Source: Vulcanimicrobiota bacterium
GTDB taxonomy: Bacteria > Vulcanimicrobiota > Vulcanimicrobiia > Vulcanimicrobiales > Vulcanimicrobiaceae
NCBI GenBank assembly: GCA_963833095.1
Contig: CAWHWQ010000004.1
Coordinates: 206,702-270,701 of the forward strand
Length of the DNA: 64,000 nucleotides
Direction: 5' to 3'
The notes beneath the pieces are model-generated. The model had not been told where the DNA came from and did not search any database. It worked only from the letters and a program-made list of their open reading frames with translations. Below, piece after piece: positions 31,592 to 42,214 of the stretch. The position numbers were made by a program, and so were the translations under genes. How positions within the stretch are numbered: the first letter of the stretch is position 1; each line of letters starts with the position of its first letter.

Positions 31592-32859
31592 CAGAACGAC
31601 GCGATGTCGGTGCGAAACGTGAGATCCTTGGTCCCGATGCGGTTGGCGAGTGCGCGTACGGCATCGTAGGCGCGTGCGCGCGCTGCTCCAAGATCGTCGC
31701 CAAGCGCGCTCACGGTGAGCACGCGTCCGCCGTTGCTGCGAACCGCTCCGGAATCGAGCGAACTTGCACCCCAGAACGCCTGCACGCCGTCACCGAGTGC
31801 GACGTCGGGATTGAGTCCCGCAAGCGGTGTGCTCGTTCGCGGATAGTCGCTCGTAGCAAGCACCACGCCGACGCACGCTTGGTCCGAAAGCGATGACAGG
31901 CTTAGGTCCATGGCGCCGTCCGCACACGATTTCAAGAGACCGGCGAAGTCGCCGCGCATGCGCGGCATCAATACTTGCGTTTCGGGATCGCCGAAGCGGG
32001 CGTTGAATTCGATTACCGATGGGCCATCCTTGGTCCACATCAGCCCGCAATAGAGCACGCCGATGTATTGCTCGCTCTCGGCGAGCAAGCCGCGCAGTAC
32101 CGGCGCAAGAATCGCTTCGCGCACTCGATCGAAGAGATCGTCGGGAAAGCCGTGCGGCGGTGAGTAGGCGCCCATGCCGCCGGTGTTTGGACCGGTGTCG
32201 CCGTCGCCCGCGCGTTTGTAGTCGCACGCTGCGGCCAGCGGCACCATAGCTCGCCCATCCGCGAGAGCAAAGACGCTCACTTCGCGCCCTTCGAGCCGCT
32301 CTTCGAGCAACACGTCGCTGCCGCCGCCGGGAATCTTATTCTTGCCGTACCAGTCGGCGAGCACCGCGCGCGCTTCACCGACGGTGTCGCATACGACCAC
32401 GCCTTTACCCGCGGCGAGTCCATCGGCTTTGACGACGACTCCGGTGCCGCTCCAATCCTCGAGCGCCGTATTGGCGGCTTGGAGTGAGTGCACGATCGCG
32501 GCCTTTGCCGTCGGCACGCCGTGGCGCTGCATGAAGCGCTTCGAAAACGTCTTGCTCGATTCGAGCCGGCCGCCCGAACGATTCGGACCAAAGACCGGCA
32601 CGCCCGCATCGCGCAACCGGTCTCCGACGCCGGCGGCGATTGCCGATTCGGGCCCGAGCACCACGAGATCGATTTTCTCGGCGAAGACGCGCTCGAGAAG
32701 CGCTTTGCCGTCGGTTGCCCCGATGTCCCAATTTTGCGCGCGCGAGGCGGTGCCGGCGTTGCCCGGCGCAACGAAGAGCGCCTCGCATGACGGCGACTGC
32801 GCGAGTTTCCACGACAGCGCATCTTCGCGCGCGCCGTTGCCTACGACGAGAATTCTCAT
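31591..32859 (-). CDS. purD: phosphoribosylamine-glycine ligase
   Basis: MRILVVGNGARE, KADGLAAGKGV, GPNTGGMGAYSP, EFNARFGDPE. Confidence 0.96.
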   Translation of the reverse strand: MRILVVGNGAREDALSWKLAQSPSCEALFVAPGNAGTASRAQNWDIGATDGKALLERVFAEKIDLVVLGPESAIAAGVGDRLRDAGVPVFGPNRSGGRLESSKTFSKRFMQRHGVPTAKAAIVHSLQAANTALEDWSGTGVVVKADGLAAGKGVVVCDTVGEARAVLADWYGKNKIPGGGSDVLLEERLEGREVSVFALADGRAMVPLAAACDYKRAGDGDTGPNTGGMGAYSPPHGFPDDLFDRVREAILAPVLRGLLAESEQYIGVLYCGLMWTKDGPSVIEFNARFGDPETQVLMPRMRGDFAGLLKSCADGAMDLSLSSLSDQACVGVVLATSDYPRTSTPLAGLNPDVALGDGVQAFWGASSLDSGAVRSNGGRVLTVSALGDDLGAARARAYDAVRALANRIGTKDLTFRTDIASF

Positions 32860-32860
32860 C

Positions 32861-34405
32861 TTACTCCCACTCAACCGTTGCGGGCGGCTTGGAGGTAATG
32901 TCGTAGGCGACGCGATTGACGCCCTGCACTTCGTTGACGATGCGCGTCGAGATCCGTTCGAGCAGTTCGTGCGGCAGACGCGCCCAGTCGGCGGTCATTC
33001 CGTCTTCGCTGGTGATCGCGCGCACCGCAACCAGGTTGGCGTAGGTGCGTCCGTCGCCCATCACGCCGACGCTGCGCACTGGGGTCAGCACGGCGAAGTA
33101 CTGCCAGGGATGCGGGTCCAGGCCTTTGGCGTTATCGATCTCGTCGCGCACGATCGCGTCGGCGTCGCGCACGATCTCCAAGCGATCCGGCGTAATGTCG
33201 CCGATGATCCGCACCGCGAGGCCTGGCCCAGGAAACGGCTGACGTTGCACGATGTGCTCGGGCAGACCCAGCACGCGACCGAGCGCGCGCACTTCATCTT
33301 TGAACAACGCGCGCAGTGGTTCGATCAGCGAAAAATCCATCTCTTCGGGCAGACCGCCGACGTTGTGATGCGATTTGATCTTGTGTCCAGCCTTGCTGTC
33401 CGGCGTTTTGGATTCGATCACGTCGGGATAGAGCGTCCCTTGCACGAGATATTTCACGCCCGGAATCTTTTTTGCTTCTTCTTCGAACACGGCGATGAAC
33501 TCGTGACCGATGATGATGCGCTTGCGTTCGGGATCTTCGACACCGGCAAGCTTGGTCAAAAATCGTTCGCGCGCGTCGATCGCGATAACCGAAAGGTGCA
33601 TTACGTCGCGAAACGCAGCCAGCACCGATTGCGCTTCGCCCTTGCGCAGCAGACCATGATCGACGAAGACGCAGGTGAGCTGCTCGCCGATCGCGCGCGA
33701 GACCAGCGTTGCGGCGACGGCCGAATCGACGCCGCCCGAGAGCGCGCAGATGACCTTGTCGCGCCCGACCTTTGCGCGAATCTCCTCGATCGCGCGATCG
33801 ACGAACGACTCCATCTTCCAATCGTCGGCCAGCCCCGCAATCCGATGCAAGAAGTTGGCAAGGATCGTCGTTCCGGCTTTGGTGTGCACCACTTCGGGGT
33901 GAAATTGCACGCCATAGATCTTGCGCTGCGCATCGCCCATCGCGGCGACGTTGCAGCGCGGCGTCGATCCAAGCGCTGAAAAGCCCCGCGGAAGTTTGAC
34001 CACCGAATCACCGTGCGACATCCACACGCGCGATTGCTCGGGCACGGCCTGCCAGAACGGCGAATTATGCTCCACGATCGTCAGCGTTGCCGGACCGTAT
34101 TCAGCGTGATCGAGTTTGACCAGTTCCGCGCCGAGATGGCGCGCAACCAGTTGCATGCCGTAGCAAATGCCCAAAAGCGGTAGCCCGCTCTGCAAGATCG
34201 CCGGATCGAAATCGGGTGCGCCGTCAACCAGTGTGCTTTCCGGGCCGCCCGACAGAATGATCGCCGCGGGATTGCGCGGCGCAAGCGTCGTCCACGCGAC
34301 GTCGTAGGGAACGATCTCGCAGTACACGCCCAGTTCGCGCGTCCGGCGCGCGATCAGCTGGCTATACTGCGCGCCGAAGTCGAGGATAAAAACCGTGGGG
34401 GGCAT
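32861..34405 (-). CDS. guaA: GMP synthase
   Basis: LDFGAQY, GICYGMQ, FHPEV, SGGVDS, KPPATVEWE. Confidence 0.98.
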   Translation of the reverse strand: MPPTVFILDFGAQYSQLIARRTRELGVYCEIVPYDVAWTTLAPRNPAAIILSGGPESTLVDGAPDFDPAILQSGLPLLGICYGMQLVARHLGAELVKLDHAEYGPATLTIVEHNSPFWQAVPEQSRVWMSHGDSVVKLPRGFSALGSTPRCNVAAMGDAQRKIYGVQFHPEVVHTKAGTTILANFLHRIAGLADDWKMESFVDRAIEEIRAKVGRDKVICALSGGVDSAVAATLVSRAIGEQLTCVFVDHGLLRKGEAQSVLAAFRDVMHLSVIAIDARERFLTKLAGVEDPERKRIIIGHEFIAVFEEEAKKIPGVKYLVQGTLYPDVIESKTPDSKAGHKIKSHHNVGGLPEEMDFSLIEPLRALFKDEVRALGRVLGLPEHIVQRQPFPGPGLAVRIIGDITPDRLEIVRDADAIVRDEIDNAKGLDPHPWQYFAVLTPVRSVGVMGDGRTYANLVAVRAITSEDGMTADWARLPHELLERISTRIVNEVQGVNRVAYDITSKPPATVEWE

Positions 34406-34468
34406 CGACCGCCCATTCGGCTCGAATTAGCCGGTCCCTAGCCTGTCGTGCCCCCCAAAAGCCTCGAG

Positions 34469-35005
34469 TTATTTTGCCGCCGCTTGGGCAGCCTTGATGA
34501 CCGCATCGTAGTTGGGCTCGTGACTAATGTCGGGCACCATCTCGACATACGTCAGTTTCTTGTCCTTGCCGATGATGAAGATCGAGCGCATCAGCAGGCT
34601 GTTCTCTTTGATTCGCACACCGTAGGCGTAGCCGAAACTATGATCCCGGTAGTCCGAGAGATTTTCCAGCGTGACGCCCTCGGCACCGCACCAGCGCACC
34701 ATAGCAAAGGGCAGATCGAGACTCACGATGTACGGCTTCACGCCCTCGGGCAGTTCGCCCAAGCGCTTGTTGAAGGTGCGGGATTCAATCGCGCACGTCG
34801 GCGTATCGAGCGAGGGAACCACGATCAAAAGCGCCGCGCGTTTGCCATGATCGGTGAGATCGTCGAGGGTCAGAACCGACATATTGGTCGCGGTGAGGTG
34901 CACCTCAGGAGCCTGGTCACCGGCTTTGAGTTCTGGGCCCAGCAGCGTGAGGGGGTTGCCGCGCGCGGTAACGACGCCGGCGCGCTCGATGGTTTGTGTG
35001 GCCAT
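34469..35005 (-). CDS. tpx: thiol peroxidase
   Basis: VPSLDTPTC, SLDLPFA..RWC, EPNYD; GGAGG RBS. Confidence 0.93.
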   Translation of the reverse strand: MATQTIERAGVVTARGNPLTLLGPELKAGDQAPEVHLTATNMSVLTLDDLTDHGKRAALLIVVPSLDTPTCAIESRTFNKRLGELPEGVKPYIVSLDLPFAMVRWCGAEGVTLENLSDYRDHSFGYAYGVRIKENSLLMRSIFIIGKDKKLTYVEMVPDISHEPNYDAVIKAAQAAAK

Positions 35006-35043
35006 TTCTACCTCCGAAGGCGATTACGTGAGAGACTAGTACA

Positions 35044-35628
35044 ATGCATCGTCATTCGCATACCGGCGCCAAGCAGCCGCACATCTTCTCCCATGAGAAG
35101 GCCGATTGGCTGGACGAGCCGCAGCGCGAAGGATGGCTACCCACCCCGACGCTGTTGGACCTGCTCGAGGTTGCGCCTGGGATGCGCGTTTTGGATTTTG
35201 GTGCCGGAACCGGTCGCTATGCGCTGGCACTCGCGGAGCAGTATACACAGACCCGCGTAGTCGCCTTGGACATCCAGCCTGAGTTCCTCGCTATCATTAC
35301 CCAGCGGATCGCCGAGCACAATCTTGCGAACATTCGCGCCACCGATCGCATCGACGGACGATTCGACCGAATTTTTGCTTTAAACGTTCTGCATGAGATC
35401 GGTGACGACGATCTGCGGGTCATCCGCGGGGCCTTGCGGCCGGGCGCCTTTGCGTTGTTCGTGGATTGGAACGCGACGATCAACCGTCCCACCGGACCGC
35501 CGCGCGAACATGCGCACGCGCCGGGTGAAGCGCGCGAGCGCCTGCGCGCTGCCGGCTTCGCCAGTACAAAACACATAGAGGAGCCGAAGCTCCCCTATCA
35601 TTTTGTCTTCCGCGCCAGTTTGTTATAA
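35044..35628 (+). CDS. class I SAM-dependent methyltransferase
   Basis: VLDFGAGTG, VALDI, VLHEI, GPP. Confidence 0.88.
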   Translation: MHRHSHTGAKQPHIFSHEKADWLDEPQREGWLPTPTLLDLLEVAPGMRVLDFGAGTGRYALALAEQYTQTRVVALDIQPEFLAIITQRIAEHNLANIRATDRIDGRFDRIFALNVLHEIGDDDLRVIRGALRPGAFALFVDWNATINRPTGPPREHAHAPGEARERLRAAGFASTKHIEEPKLPYHFVFRASLL

Positions 35629-36308
35629 CGCTTTATCACGCGGGCGCATTGCGGCCAGAATCTGTGCACCCGCGACGGCGGCTCGGCATCATCGTAGCGG
35701 CGAAAGCTCATGTCTCCGTCCGCAAAAATTCCCCGCGCCGGCAGCGGTCGTATGAAACGATAGGCGACGTCCGCGTCCGGCACGCCCAGCGTGTTCGTGA
35801 GCCGCGATAGACCCTCATCGGCATTGGGGTCGAATGCAGCAGTGACCGCAAACGACCATGTGTACGGTTTGGCCGGGCCCCACAGCGTTGCAACATTTGG
35901 CGGAACCGTCACCGCAAGCTCAACGTCGGCAACGCGGCGCTCGGGGTCGAACGCGTAGGTGCCGTCGTACATACCGCCCGCCATGTCGAACCCGTAGGCG
36001 ACCCCGCGGTCAAGCGTGAGCGTGCACCAACCCGGAAGTCCTAAAGACGAATAGCTCATCAGAAACACGCCATCGCGCATAATAACCCCTCGACCCTTCG
36101 CCCGCCCAATCTCTAGCTGGCGGCCATACTCGGACAACTGTGCAAAGAGCCTTGTGTAGGCCTCGGCTGGTCCAGGTATGTCCGATCCTCCCTCGGCTAG
36201 CCAAGATGAAACGGAACGCAGAGAAGCGCCAACCATCTTTGCGAAGTCGTCCTGCGAGAGCTGGTACCGCTTCAGGAAGTCGCGCAATTCTGCGTGTTTC
36301 ATATGCAA
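35598..36308 (-). CDS. XRE-type HTH fused to a GrlR-like beta domain
   Basis: LSQDDFAKMVGASLRSVSSW helix-turn-helix; MRDGVF...G.D..G.YDGTY resembles GrlR family. Confidence 0.6.
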   Translation of the reverse strand: MHMKHAELRDFLKRYQLSQDDFAKMVGASLRSVSSWLAEGGSDIPGPAEAYTRLFAQLSEYGRQLEIGRAKGRGVIMRDGVFLMSYSSLGLPGWCTLTLDRGVAYGFDMAGGMYDGTYAFDPERRVADVELAVTVPPNVATLWGPAKPYTWSFAVTAAFDPNADEGLSRLTNTLGVPDADVAYRFIRPLPARGIFADGDMSFRRYDDAEPPSRVHRFWPQCARVIKRYNKLARKTK

Positions 36309-36351
36309 CTATTGTGCGCCTCTAACACGCAGACTGTCAAGGGGCTTCCAC

Positions 36352-36394
36352 AACAAAAAAGAGCCCGCACGGATGTGCGAGCCCTTTTCCGTTT
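36352..36394. terminator. probable intrinsic terminator
   Basis: AAAAAAGAGCCCGCAC-ggat-GTGCGAGCCCTTTT hairpin with A/T tails. Confidence 0.6.
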
Positions 36395-36408
36395 GCGTTT
36401 CTAAGCGC

Positions 36409-36738
36409 TTAGCGGTACGACGGACGCGATTGGAAACAATCGCGGCAGTAGACCGGTTTGTCGCCGCGCGGTTGGAACGGCACTTCGGCCACACCGCCGC
36501 ACTGGCTGCAGGTTGCGCGGAACATTTCGCGCTGGCCACCGCCACCGCCATTGCCGCCGCCGCCGGTACGACCGGCACCACCGCGGCCACCGCCGGCTGC
36601 CTTACGGGCTGCACGACAATCGGGGCAACGGTTGGGCTTGTTGGCAAAGCCCTTCATGGCGAAAAACTCTTGCTCGCCGGCCGAAAACGTGAACTGGCGC
36701 GAACAATCAACGCAGTTCAAATATTCATCTTGATACAT
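36409..36738 (-). CDS. zinc-ribbon + CxxC-x17-CxxC protein
   Basis: CVDC..F.F...EQEFF..KGF.NKP.RCPDC, Gly-rich linker, CSQC..VPFQPRGDKPVYCRDC; AAGGAG RBS. Confidence 0.92.
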   Translation of the reverse strand: MYQDEYLNCVDCSRQFTFSAGEQEFFAMKGFANKPNRCPDCRAARKAAGGGRGGAGRTGGGGNGGGGGQREMFRATCSQCGGVAEVPFQPRGDKPVYCRDCFQSRPSYR

Positions 36739-36919
36739 TGGTAAACGAGGACTCCTTGGACTTACTGGTAGCTATTTGTTCTCGGAATCGACTCGTTTAG
36801 CCCAATCAATGGGAACCAGACCGCGAAACCTAGACGCCTGTAGCCTACCATGTCCAGGCTGAAACCACAACCTTCCCTGCGGCAAGTGTCGCAGGTACCG
36901 AGCGAGAAGAGGCCGGGCA

Positions 36920-37384
36920 ATGGAAGCACACGATCGGCTCACTACCGCCGAGCTATTGGCCTTGCTCGAGATCCCGACCGACGGCCGGATATTGGCCTTC
37001 GGCTCCTCGAGCGCGGTCCACGCGCTCGAAATTGCAGCGGCTCGCCCCGACGTGCTGATCGTGGTGTGCGATATCGAGTCGGAAACGACCACCGAAGTCT
37101 CCGAACGCGCCGTCGCCGAGCGGCTCGAAAACCTGGTGGTGGGTGATACGCCCGCCGGTCCCTTGGTCGACCGCGCACTCTGCATCGACAGCCTTGCGAC
37201 GATGCAACCCGCGCATCTGGTCACCATTCGCACCGCGATGCTGCCGGGCGGATACGCCGTGTTCGTCGAGTCCACCGAGCCGCCGCCCGAACCGCTCACC
37301 GAGAAACTGCACGGCGTGGGTTACGCCGTCGCCGACGCGCTCGACGGTGCGCTGGCCGGCTCAACCGTCATCCGCGCCAGGTAA
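36920..37384 (+). CDS. degenerate methyltransferase-fold protein
   Basis: ILAFGS in place of LDxGxG, VVCDI, LPGG..VFVE; layout resembles the 35044 gene. Confidence 0.55.
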   Translation: MEAHDRLTTAELLALLEIPTDGRILAFGSSSAVHALEIAAARPDVLIVVCDIESETTTEVSERAVAERLENLVVGDTPAGPLVDRALCIDSLATMQPAHLVTIRTAMLPGGYAVFVESTEPPPEPLTEKLHGVGYAVADALDGALAGSTVIRAR

Positions 37385-37396
37385 GAACGCCAGTTC

Positions 37397-38530
37397 TCAC
37401 GTGAGTATGTCAGCCAGTCTCTCCTGATCTCTTGCCATCACCACTTCCATCGCAATGCGTTCACCGACCGACACGTCGCGGCCCCAACGATAGGCGGAGT
37501 ACGGCGTGTAGCGCGTGCCCGGCGAACCCGGGATGCGCAGCGAGACGTCGTAACACACGAATTCCTTCGGCGGCCCGGCAACGATAATGCATTGCAGCGC
37601 AAACGGCCCGATGATTCCCGGCGCATTGGCTTCGCGCGCCGCGCTAACGAAACGTTCCCCCATCTCAAACGCCTGCTCGAGGGTCGATTCGGTCAAGGTC
37701 GCCGCAATGTGTCCGGCTTCTTCCAACCGCATCGGGACGTCGCGCAACGCCTCGAAGACCGCAGGCGGCACGTTACGGAAGCCTTCGAGATTGGTCTGAC
37801 GGCGCGTGTCCGTCCCCATCAATTCGAGTTCACCTAGCAGCGGCGAATAGAAGAAATTCAGATTGATCGAGGGTCCAAGAAGATACTCCTCGATGACCGA
37901 GTCGTGCAAACCCTCGGCGGTGAGCATCCCCTCGCGAATAAGCCGTTCCGCGGTCCTACGATACTCCTGCGGTGATGAGACCAGAAAAAACGCGCGCTCG
38001 AAACTGATCTTGGCGTGCGGGGCCTTCACCATCACGAGGCGATCGATCTCATTGGGCGACGCAAATTGGCGCGGATAGCGGATGCCGGCGCGCTGCATTA
38101 GCGTATATTGATTGCCCGCTTCGTTGCGCTCTTCAGCGCGCAAGAGGTACCGATTCCCGAAAAACGGGACCCGCATGCCGCGTTCGATCTGATCGTAGCT
38201 GAACTTTTGATGCAGGTAGACTTCGAACGAGCGATTGGCCACGAAGATCGCGCTACGCTCCAGCAGCGCTTGCTGCACCTTCTCGTCGAGGAGATCGGTG
38301 AACGCGTCGAGGTCGATCGTCTCGTCGACGCAGCCGCGCGCAACCGGCATCTCGCGCCGGGCAAAGTGCTCGGTGTAGGTGCGCTCGCGCCCCTTCGCTG
38401 TGATGACCAGATTGCGCAAACCCTGCGCGCGCGCTCCGTACGCCACGTCCAGCGCCGAATGGCTGCCGATCGAGCATAGCGTCAATTCAGAACGGTTGTA
38501 GGTCGCAAGCGCGGCAGAAACGTAGTCCAC
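37397..38530 (-). CDS. purP: PurP-like ATP-grasp protein, paralog 2
   Basis: IGSHSALDV..GA...G, NRSF..Y, GNR.LL..EER, ERAFF, FFYSPL, GPFALQ, RIPGSP; GTG start inferred. Confidence 0.85.
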   Translation of the reverse strand: MDYVSAALATYNRSELTLCSIGSHSALDVAYGARAQGLRNLVITAKGRERTYTEHFARREMPVARGCVDETIDLDAFTDLLDEKVQQALLERSAIFVANRSFEVYLHQKFSYDQIERGMRVPFFGNRYLLRAEERNEAGNQYTLMQRAGIRYPRQFASPNEIDRLVMVKAPHAKISFERAFFLVSSPQEYRRTAERLIREGMLTAEGLHDSVIEEYLLGPSINLNFFYSPLLGELELMGTDTRRQTNLEGFRNVPPAVFEALRDVPMRLEEAGHIAATLTESTLEQAFEMGERFVSAAREANAPGIIGPFALQCIIVAGPPKEFVCYDVSLRIPGSPGTRYTPYSAYRWGRDVSVGERIAMEVVMARDQERLADILT

Positions 38531-38540
38531 GTGCGCCGGG

Positions 38541-39527
38541 TTAATCCTCGATGACGACCTTTCCCGCCATCTGCCGCATGACGAACGTGCCATAGATGAC
38601 CACGACGACGAGCGCGACGATGACGACCGTGAGCGCGCTTGCGAGCGCAACCGGTCCGGGTGACGCGTCAAAGATCGAGATGCCCCCTTGGCGTGGCGGA
38701 AGGCTCGGCAAAAGGTACGGGTACATCGTGACCGAGGCTTGCAGCAAGAGCGACGCTAGAAACACCGATGACGCTGCAAAAGCGCGGTGCTCGCGTTTGC
38801 TCAGCGAAAGGAACAGCAACGCTACCAGCGATCCGAGGCTCAGCAGCGGAATGAAATCGATCCACGAGAGACCGATCCCGCGTTCGGACACCGTCGCCGC
38901 CGAAATCGCGAGGTAGAGCACCAGCACCACCGGCCACAGACGCGGTACCAGTCGCCGAGCGCGCTCCGTGGACGGCCCTTCCGTGCGCATAACCAAGAAC
39001 GTCGTGCCATGCAGCGCCAACGCAGCAACGGCAAAGATTCCCACCAGCAACGCGTAGGGATTGAGGAGCTCGTCGAACGTCCCCTCAAAATAGCCCTGGG
39101 GCCCCAGCGGCACGCCATGCAGCAAGTTGCCTAGCGCGACGCCAAAAAGCAAGATCAACAACGCGCTGGATGCGGCAAAGCAGAAATCCCAAAACTGATG
39201 CCAGATCTCACTTGGGATGTGCGAACGCAATTCCATCGCGATGCCGCGAAACATCAAGAGCCACAGCACGATGATCAAGGGAAGATAAAATCCCGAGAAC
39301 GACGATGCATAGGCTTTTGGAAAGAGCGCAAAGAGCGCACCTCCCGCGGCGATGAGCCACACCTCGTTTCCATTCCAGAACGGGCCGATGCTTTGCATCG
39401 AACCTTCGCGCTGACGATCGCTGCGCGCAACCAGCGGTGTGATCGTCGCAACGCCGAGATCGAACCCGTCGAGCAGAACGTAGACGGTGAGCATGAACGC
39501 AATAACGACAAATGCCGCAACGCTCAT
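38541..39527 (-). CDS. cydB: cytochrome bd oxidase subunit II
   Basis: LDGFDLG, GPFWNGNEVWL, FP.AY. Confidence 0.96.
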   Translation of the reverse strand: MSVAAFVVIAFMLTVYVLLDGFDLGVATITPLVARSDRQREGSMQSIGPFWNGNEVWLIAAGGALFALFPKAYASSFSGFYLPLIIVLWLLMFRGIAMELRSHIPSEIWHQFWDFCFAASSALLILLFGVALGNLLHGVPLGPQGYFEGTFDELLNPYALLVGIFAVAALALHGTTFLVMRTEGPSTERARRLVPRLWPVVLVLYLAISAATVSERGIGLSWIDFIPLLSLGSLVALLFLSLSKREHRAFAASSVFLASLLLQASVTMYPYLLPSLPPRQGGISIFDASPGPVALASALTVVIVALVVVVIYGTFVMRQMAGKVVIED

Positions 39528-40831
39528 GCCGGGCCGTGACCGATCTCGCGAAGCGTCAGAAACAAGAAGAGAAAGCCTAGCAAGAAGTACATTCCGATAA
39601 AGCCGATGAGCGTGAAGATCGTTTCACCGCTGGCAACGGTCGGTGAGGCGCCGCTCGCCGTGCGCATCAACCCATAGATGATCCACGGTTGACGTCCGAC
39701 CTCGGTCGTGACCCATCCGGCTTCGTTCGCAATGTACGGAAAGGGCATCACGAGCAGCAACAGCCAGAGCAGCGGACGCGTCTCAAAGAGCTGTTTTCGC
39801 CAGAGGAACAGCGCGCAGAGTCCTGCGATGCCGGTGAAGATCGTGCCGAGCCCGACCATCACATGGTATGCGTAATAGGTCAAATCCACCGGCGGCCACA
39901 GCTCGGTCGCATACGCGCTCAAACCCTTGACGTTTGCGGTGAAATTGCCGTAGGCAAGAAAGCTCAGGAGATCGGGCACAAAGATTGGGTCGATCAAGCT
40001 GCGCGTGTGCGAATCCGGCATACCGATAATCGCCAGCGGCGCATCTTGCGTCGAGCGGAAGAGTCCTTCCATCGCGGCGAGCTTGATCGGCTGGTACTTG
40101 GTCACTTCGTCGCCGTTGCGATCGCCCGTCGGAAACACGGCAAGCACCGCAAAGACCAACGCCACGATTACGCCGATATCAACGAAACGCTGCGCCAAGA
40201 TCGTCTCGCGTTTCGAAAGCAGATAGTATGCGCCCACACCGGCAATGATGAACCCGCCGGCAACCATCGCGCCGCACAGCACGTGCGCGTATTGCCACCA
40301 GGCAAAGGGCGAGAGCAGCAGCGCCGGCAGGCTGGTGAGTTCGATTTTGCCACCCGGTGCAAGCGCGTATCCGACGGGATGTTGCATCCACGCGTCGGTC
40401 GCGACGATGAAAAATCCCGAGAGCCACGAGCCCACCCACACTGCGACCGCGGAGGTCGAGTAGAGCCACGGCGCGACGCGGTCTTTGCCCCACAAGAGGA
40501 CACCCAGGAAGATCGACTCGAGGAAGAACGCGTAGGCGCCTTCCATCGCAAGCGGTTGCCCGATGACCGCGCCCGCCGCCGCAGAGAACGCCGCCCAATT
40601 CGTCCCGAATTCGAACTCCATCGGAATGCCGGTTACGACCCCGACCGCGAAGTTGATCGCGAAGATCCGGGTCCAAAAGGTCGCCGCCCGCGCGGCATCG
40701 CGATCGCCCCGCGCCGCTTCGATGGTGTAGAGCGCGACAAACGGCGCCAACCCGATCGTCGTGATCGGGAACAAGTAATGGAACATGATGGTGAACGCGA
40801 ACTGCAGCCGGTCGGCTGTTACGACATCCAT
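39524..40831 (-). CDS. cydA: cytochrome bd oxidase subunit I
   Basis: HYLF, GVVTGI..EFEFGTNW, QP.KLAAMEG, EVGRQPW. Confidence 0.97.
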   Translation of the reverse strand: MDVVTADRLQFAFTIMFHYLFPITTIGLAPFVALYTIEAARGDRDAARAATFWTRIFAINFAVGVVTGIPMEFEFGTNWAAFSAAAGAVIGQPLAMEGAYAFFLESIFLGVLLWGKDRVAPWLYSTSAVAVWVGSWLSGFFIVATDAWMQHPVGYALAPGGKIELTSLPALLLSPFAWWQYAHVLCGAMVAGGFIIAGVGAYYLLSKRETILAQRFVDIGVIVALVFAVLAVFPTGDRNGDEVTKYQPIKLAAMEGLFRSTQDAPLAIIGMPDSHTRSLIDPIFVPDLLSFLAYGNFTANVKGLSAYATELWPPVDLTYYAYHVMVGLGTIFTGIAGLCALFLWRKQLFETRPLLWLLLLVMPFPYIANEAGWVTTEVGRQPWIIYGLMRTASGASPTVASGETIFTLIGFIGMYFLLGFLFLFLTLREIGHGPA

Positions 40832-40956
40832 ACCCCGCTATTCTATGACAACGCGGTGCAAGAAGCGACCGCCTTGTGTCGATCTATGCGCCCGCTTGGT
40901 CGAACCGGGCATGGGTCGTGACAGCGCCCACTCGGCGCATTATGATAGCTCGTACC

Positions 40957-42213
40957 ATGAAGCTTCGCTCGCTATGTGCCCTGGCGGTGCTCTCGCTGGT
41001 AACCATCACCGGATGCTCGAAGCCCCAGGAGCAGCCCTCGCCCGCCCCGGTGGCCACGTCGGTGGCGAAGGAGGCGACGCTCGCGCCAACCGAGCTGTTG
41101 GCCGGCACGATCGCGCCCTTTCAGAACATCGCAATCACCTCGTCGCTGGCCGAACCGACGCTGACGGTCAACGTCAACGAAGGCGATATCGTCCGTCGCG
41201 GCGAGGTTCTCGCCCGCTTAAATACCGACGATCTGCAGGCCGACTACCGGCAGTATATGGCGTCGGCGCAAGGCAGCGGCGCAACCACCACGCAAGACGT
41301 CTACACCGCGACGCAGACGATAACCACGGCGGGACAGACCTTGCTTTCTGCGCGAGCCGCCCTTCATCAAGCCCAACAGACGCTGGCAAATGACTCGGCC
41401 AACCTCAAGATCGACGAGTCGCTGCTGCAGAACGGCTACGTTTCGCAGCAAACCGTCTTCACGCAGCGCACCCTCGTCGCCAACGATCAGCAGTCGGTCC
41501 GTTCGTACCAGGCGTCGCTTACCAGCGCGATGGCTGCGCGCACCGCCGCCGGTACGATGAGCAAGGGCGTCCCGGCTTCGATGATTCAAGCGCAAGAGGC
41601 AGCGCAACAAGAAGCTTACGCGCAGGCCGATCAATATCGCGCGCAAATCGCGCGCGGAACGATCGTTTCGCCGATCGACGGGATCGTCGTCAATCGCTAC
41701 CTCAATCCCGGTGAATATCCCGGAACCCGCCAGCTCTTTACAATCCAGCAGCTCAATCCGGTGTATGCGGTCTTCGACGCGTCTGATGCGCAACTCGTCG
41801 GCGTGCGCAAAGGCGCAACGATCGCGTTCACGACCACCGACGCACCGAATCGAAAGTATCAAGCCAAGATCGTCGCCATACTCGGTCAGGTCGAGCCGGG
41901 TTCGACCAGTTTTGTGGTCAAGGCCGTCTTACCCAACCCGCATTACGCCTTGACCTCCGGCATGGCGATCTCGGGGATCGTTGCGCTTGCCCCCGTGCGC
42001 GGCATCAGCATTCCGGTCACCGCCTTTCTCGACGACTCGCATTCGTCGGTGATGGTCGTTTCATCCGACGGCACCGTGCACACGACGGCGGTTCGTCAGA
42101 TTGGGGCAGCCACGCAAACCGCCGCCGTCGTCACCGGTCTTGCGGCCGGAACACCGGTCATTGCAAACGGGCAACTCGGGCTCGCCGACGGTCAGAAAGT
42201 CGCCGTGCACTAG
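40957..42213 (+). CDS. RND membrane fusion lipoprotein
   Basis: ITGC lipobox, V.EGD.V..G.VLA, SPIDGIV. Confidence 0.9.
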   Translation: MKLRSLCALAVLSLVTITGCSKPQEQPSPAPVATSVAKEATLAPTELLAGTIAPFQNIAITSSLAEPTLTVNVNEGDIVRRGEVLARLNTDDLQADYRQYMASAQGSGATTTQDVYTATQTITTAGQTLLSARAALHQAQQTLANDSANLKIDESLLQNGYVSQQTVFTQRTLVANDQQSVRSYQASLTSAMAARTAAGTMSKGVPASMIQAQEAAQQEAYAQADQYRAQIARGTIVSPIDGIVVNRYLNPGEYPGTRQLFTIQQLNPVYAVFDASDAQLVGVRKGATIAFTTTDAPNRKYQAKIVAILGQVEPGSTSFVVKAVLPNPHYALTSGMAISGIVALAPVRGISIPVTAFLDDSHSSVMVVSSDGTVHTTAVRQIGAATQTAAVVTGLAAGTPVIANGQLGLADGQKVAVH

Positions 42214-42214
42214 C

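Noticed and set aside
32342..33979. Long antisense ORFs (also 27350-28564, 39689-40921, 54142-55800, 55834-57153)
   Set aside because: Shadow frames of high-GC genes; no motifs or initiation signals
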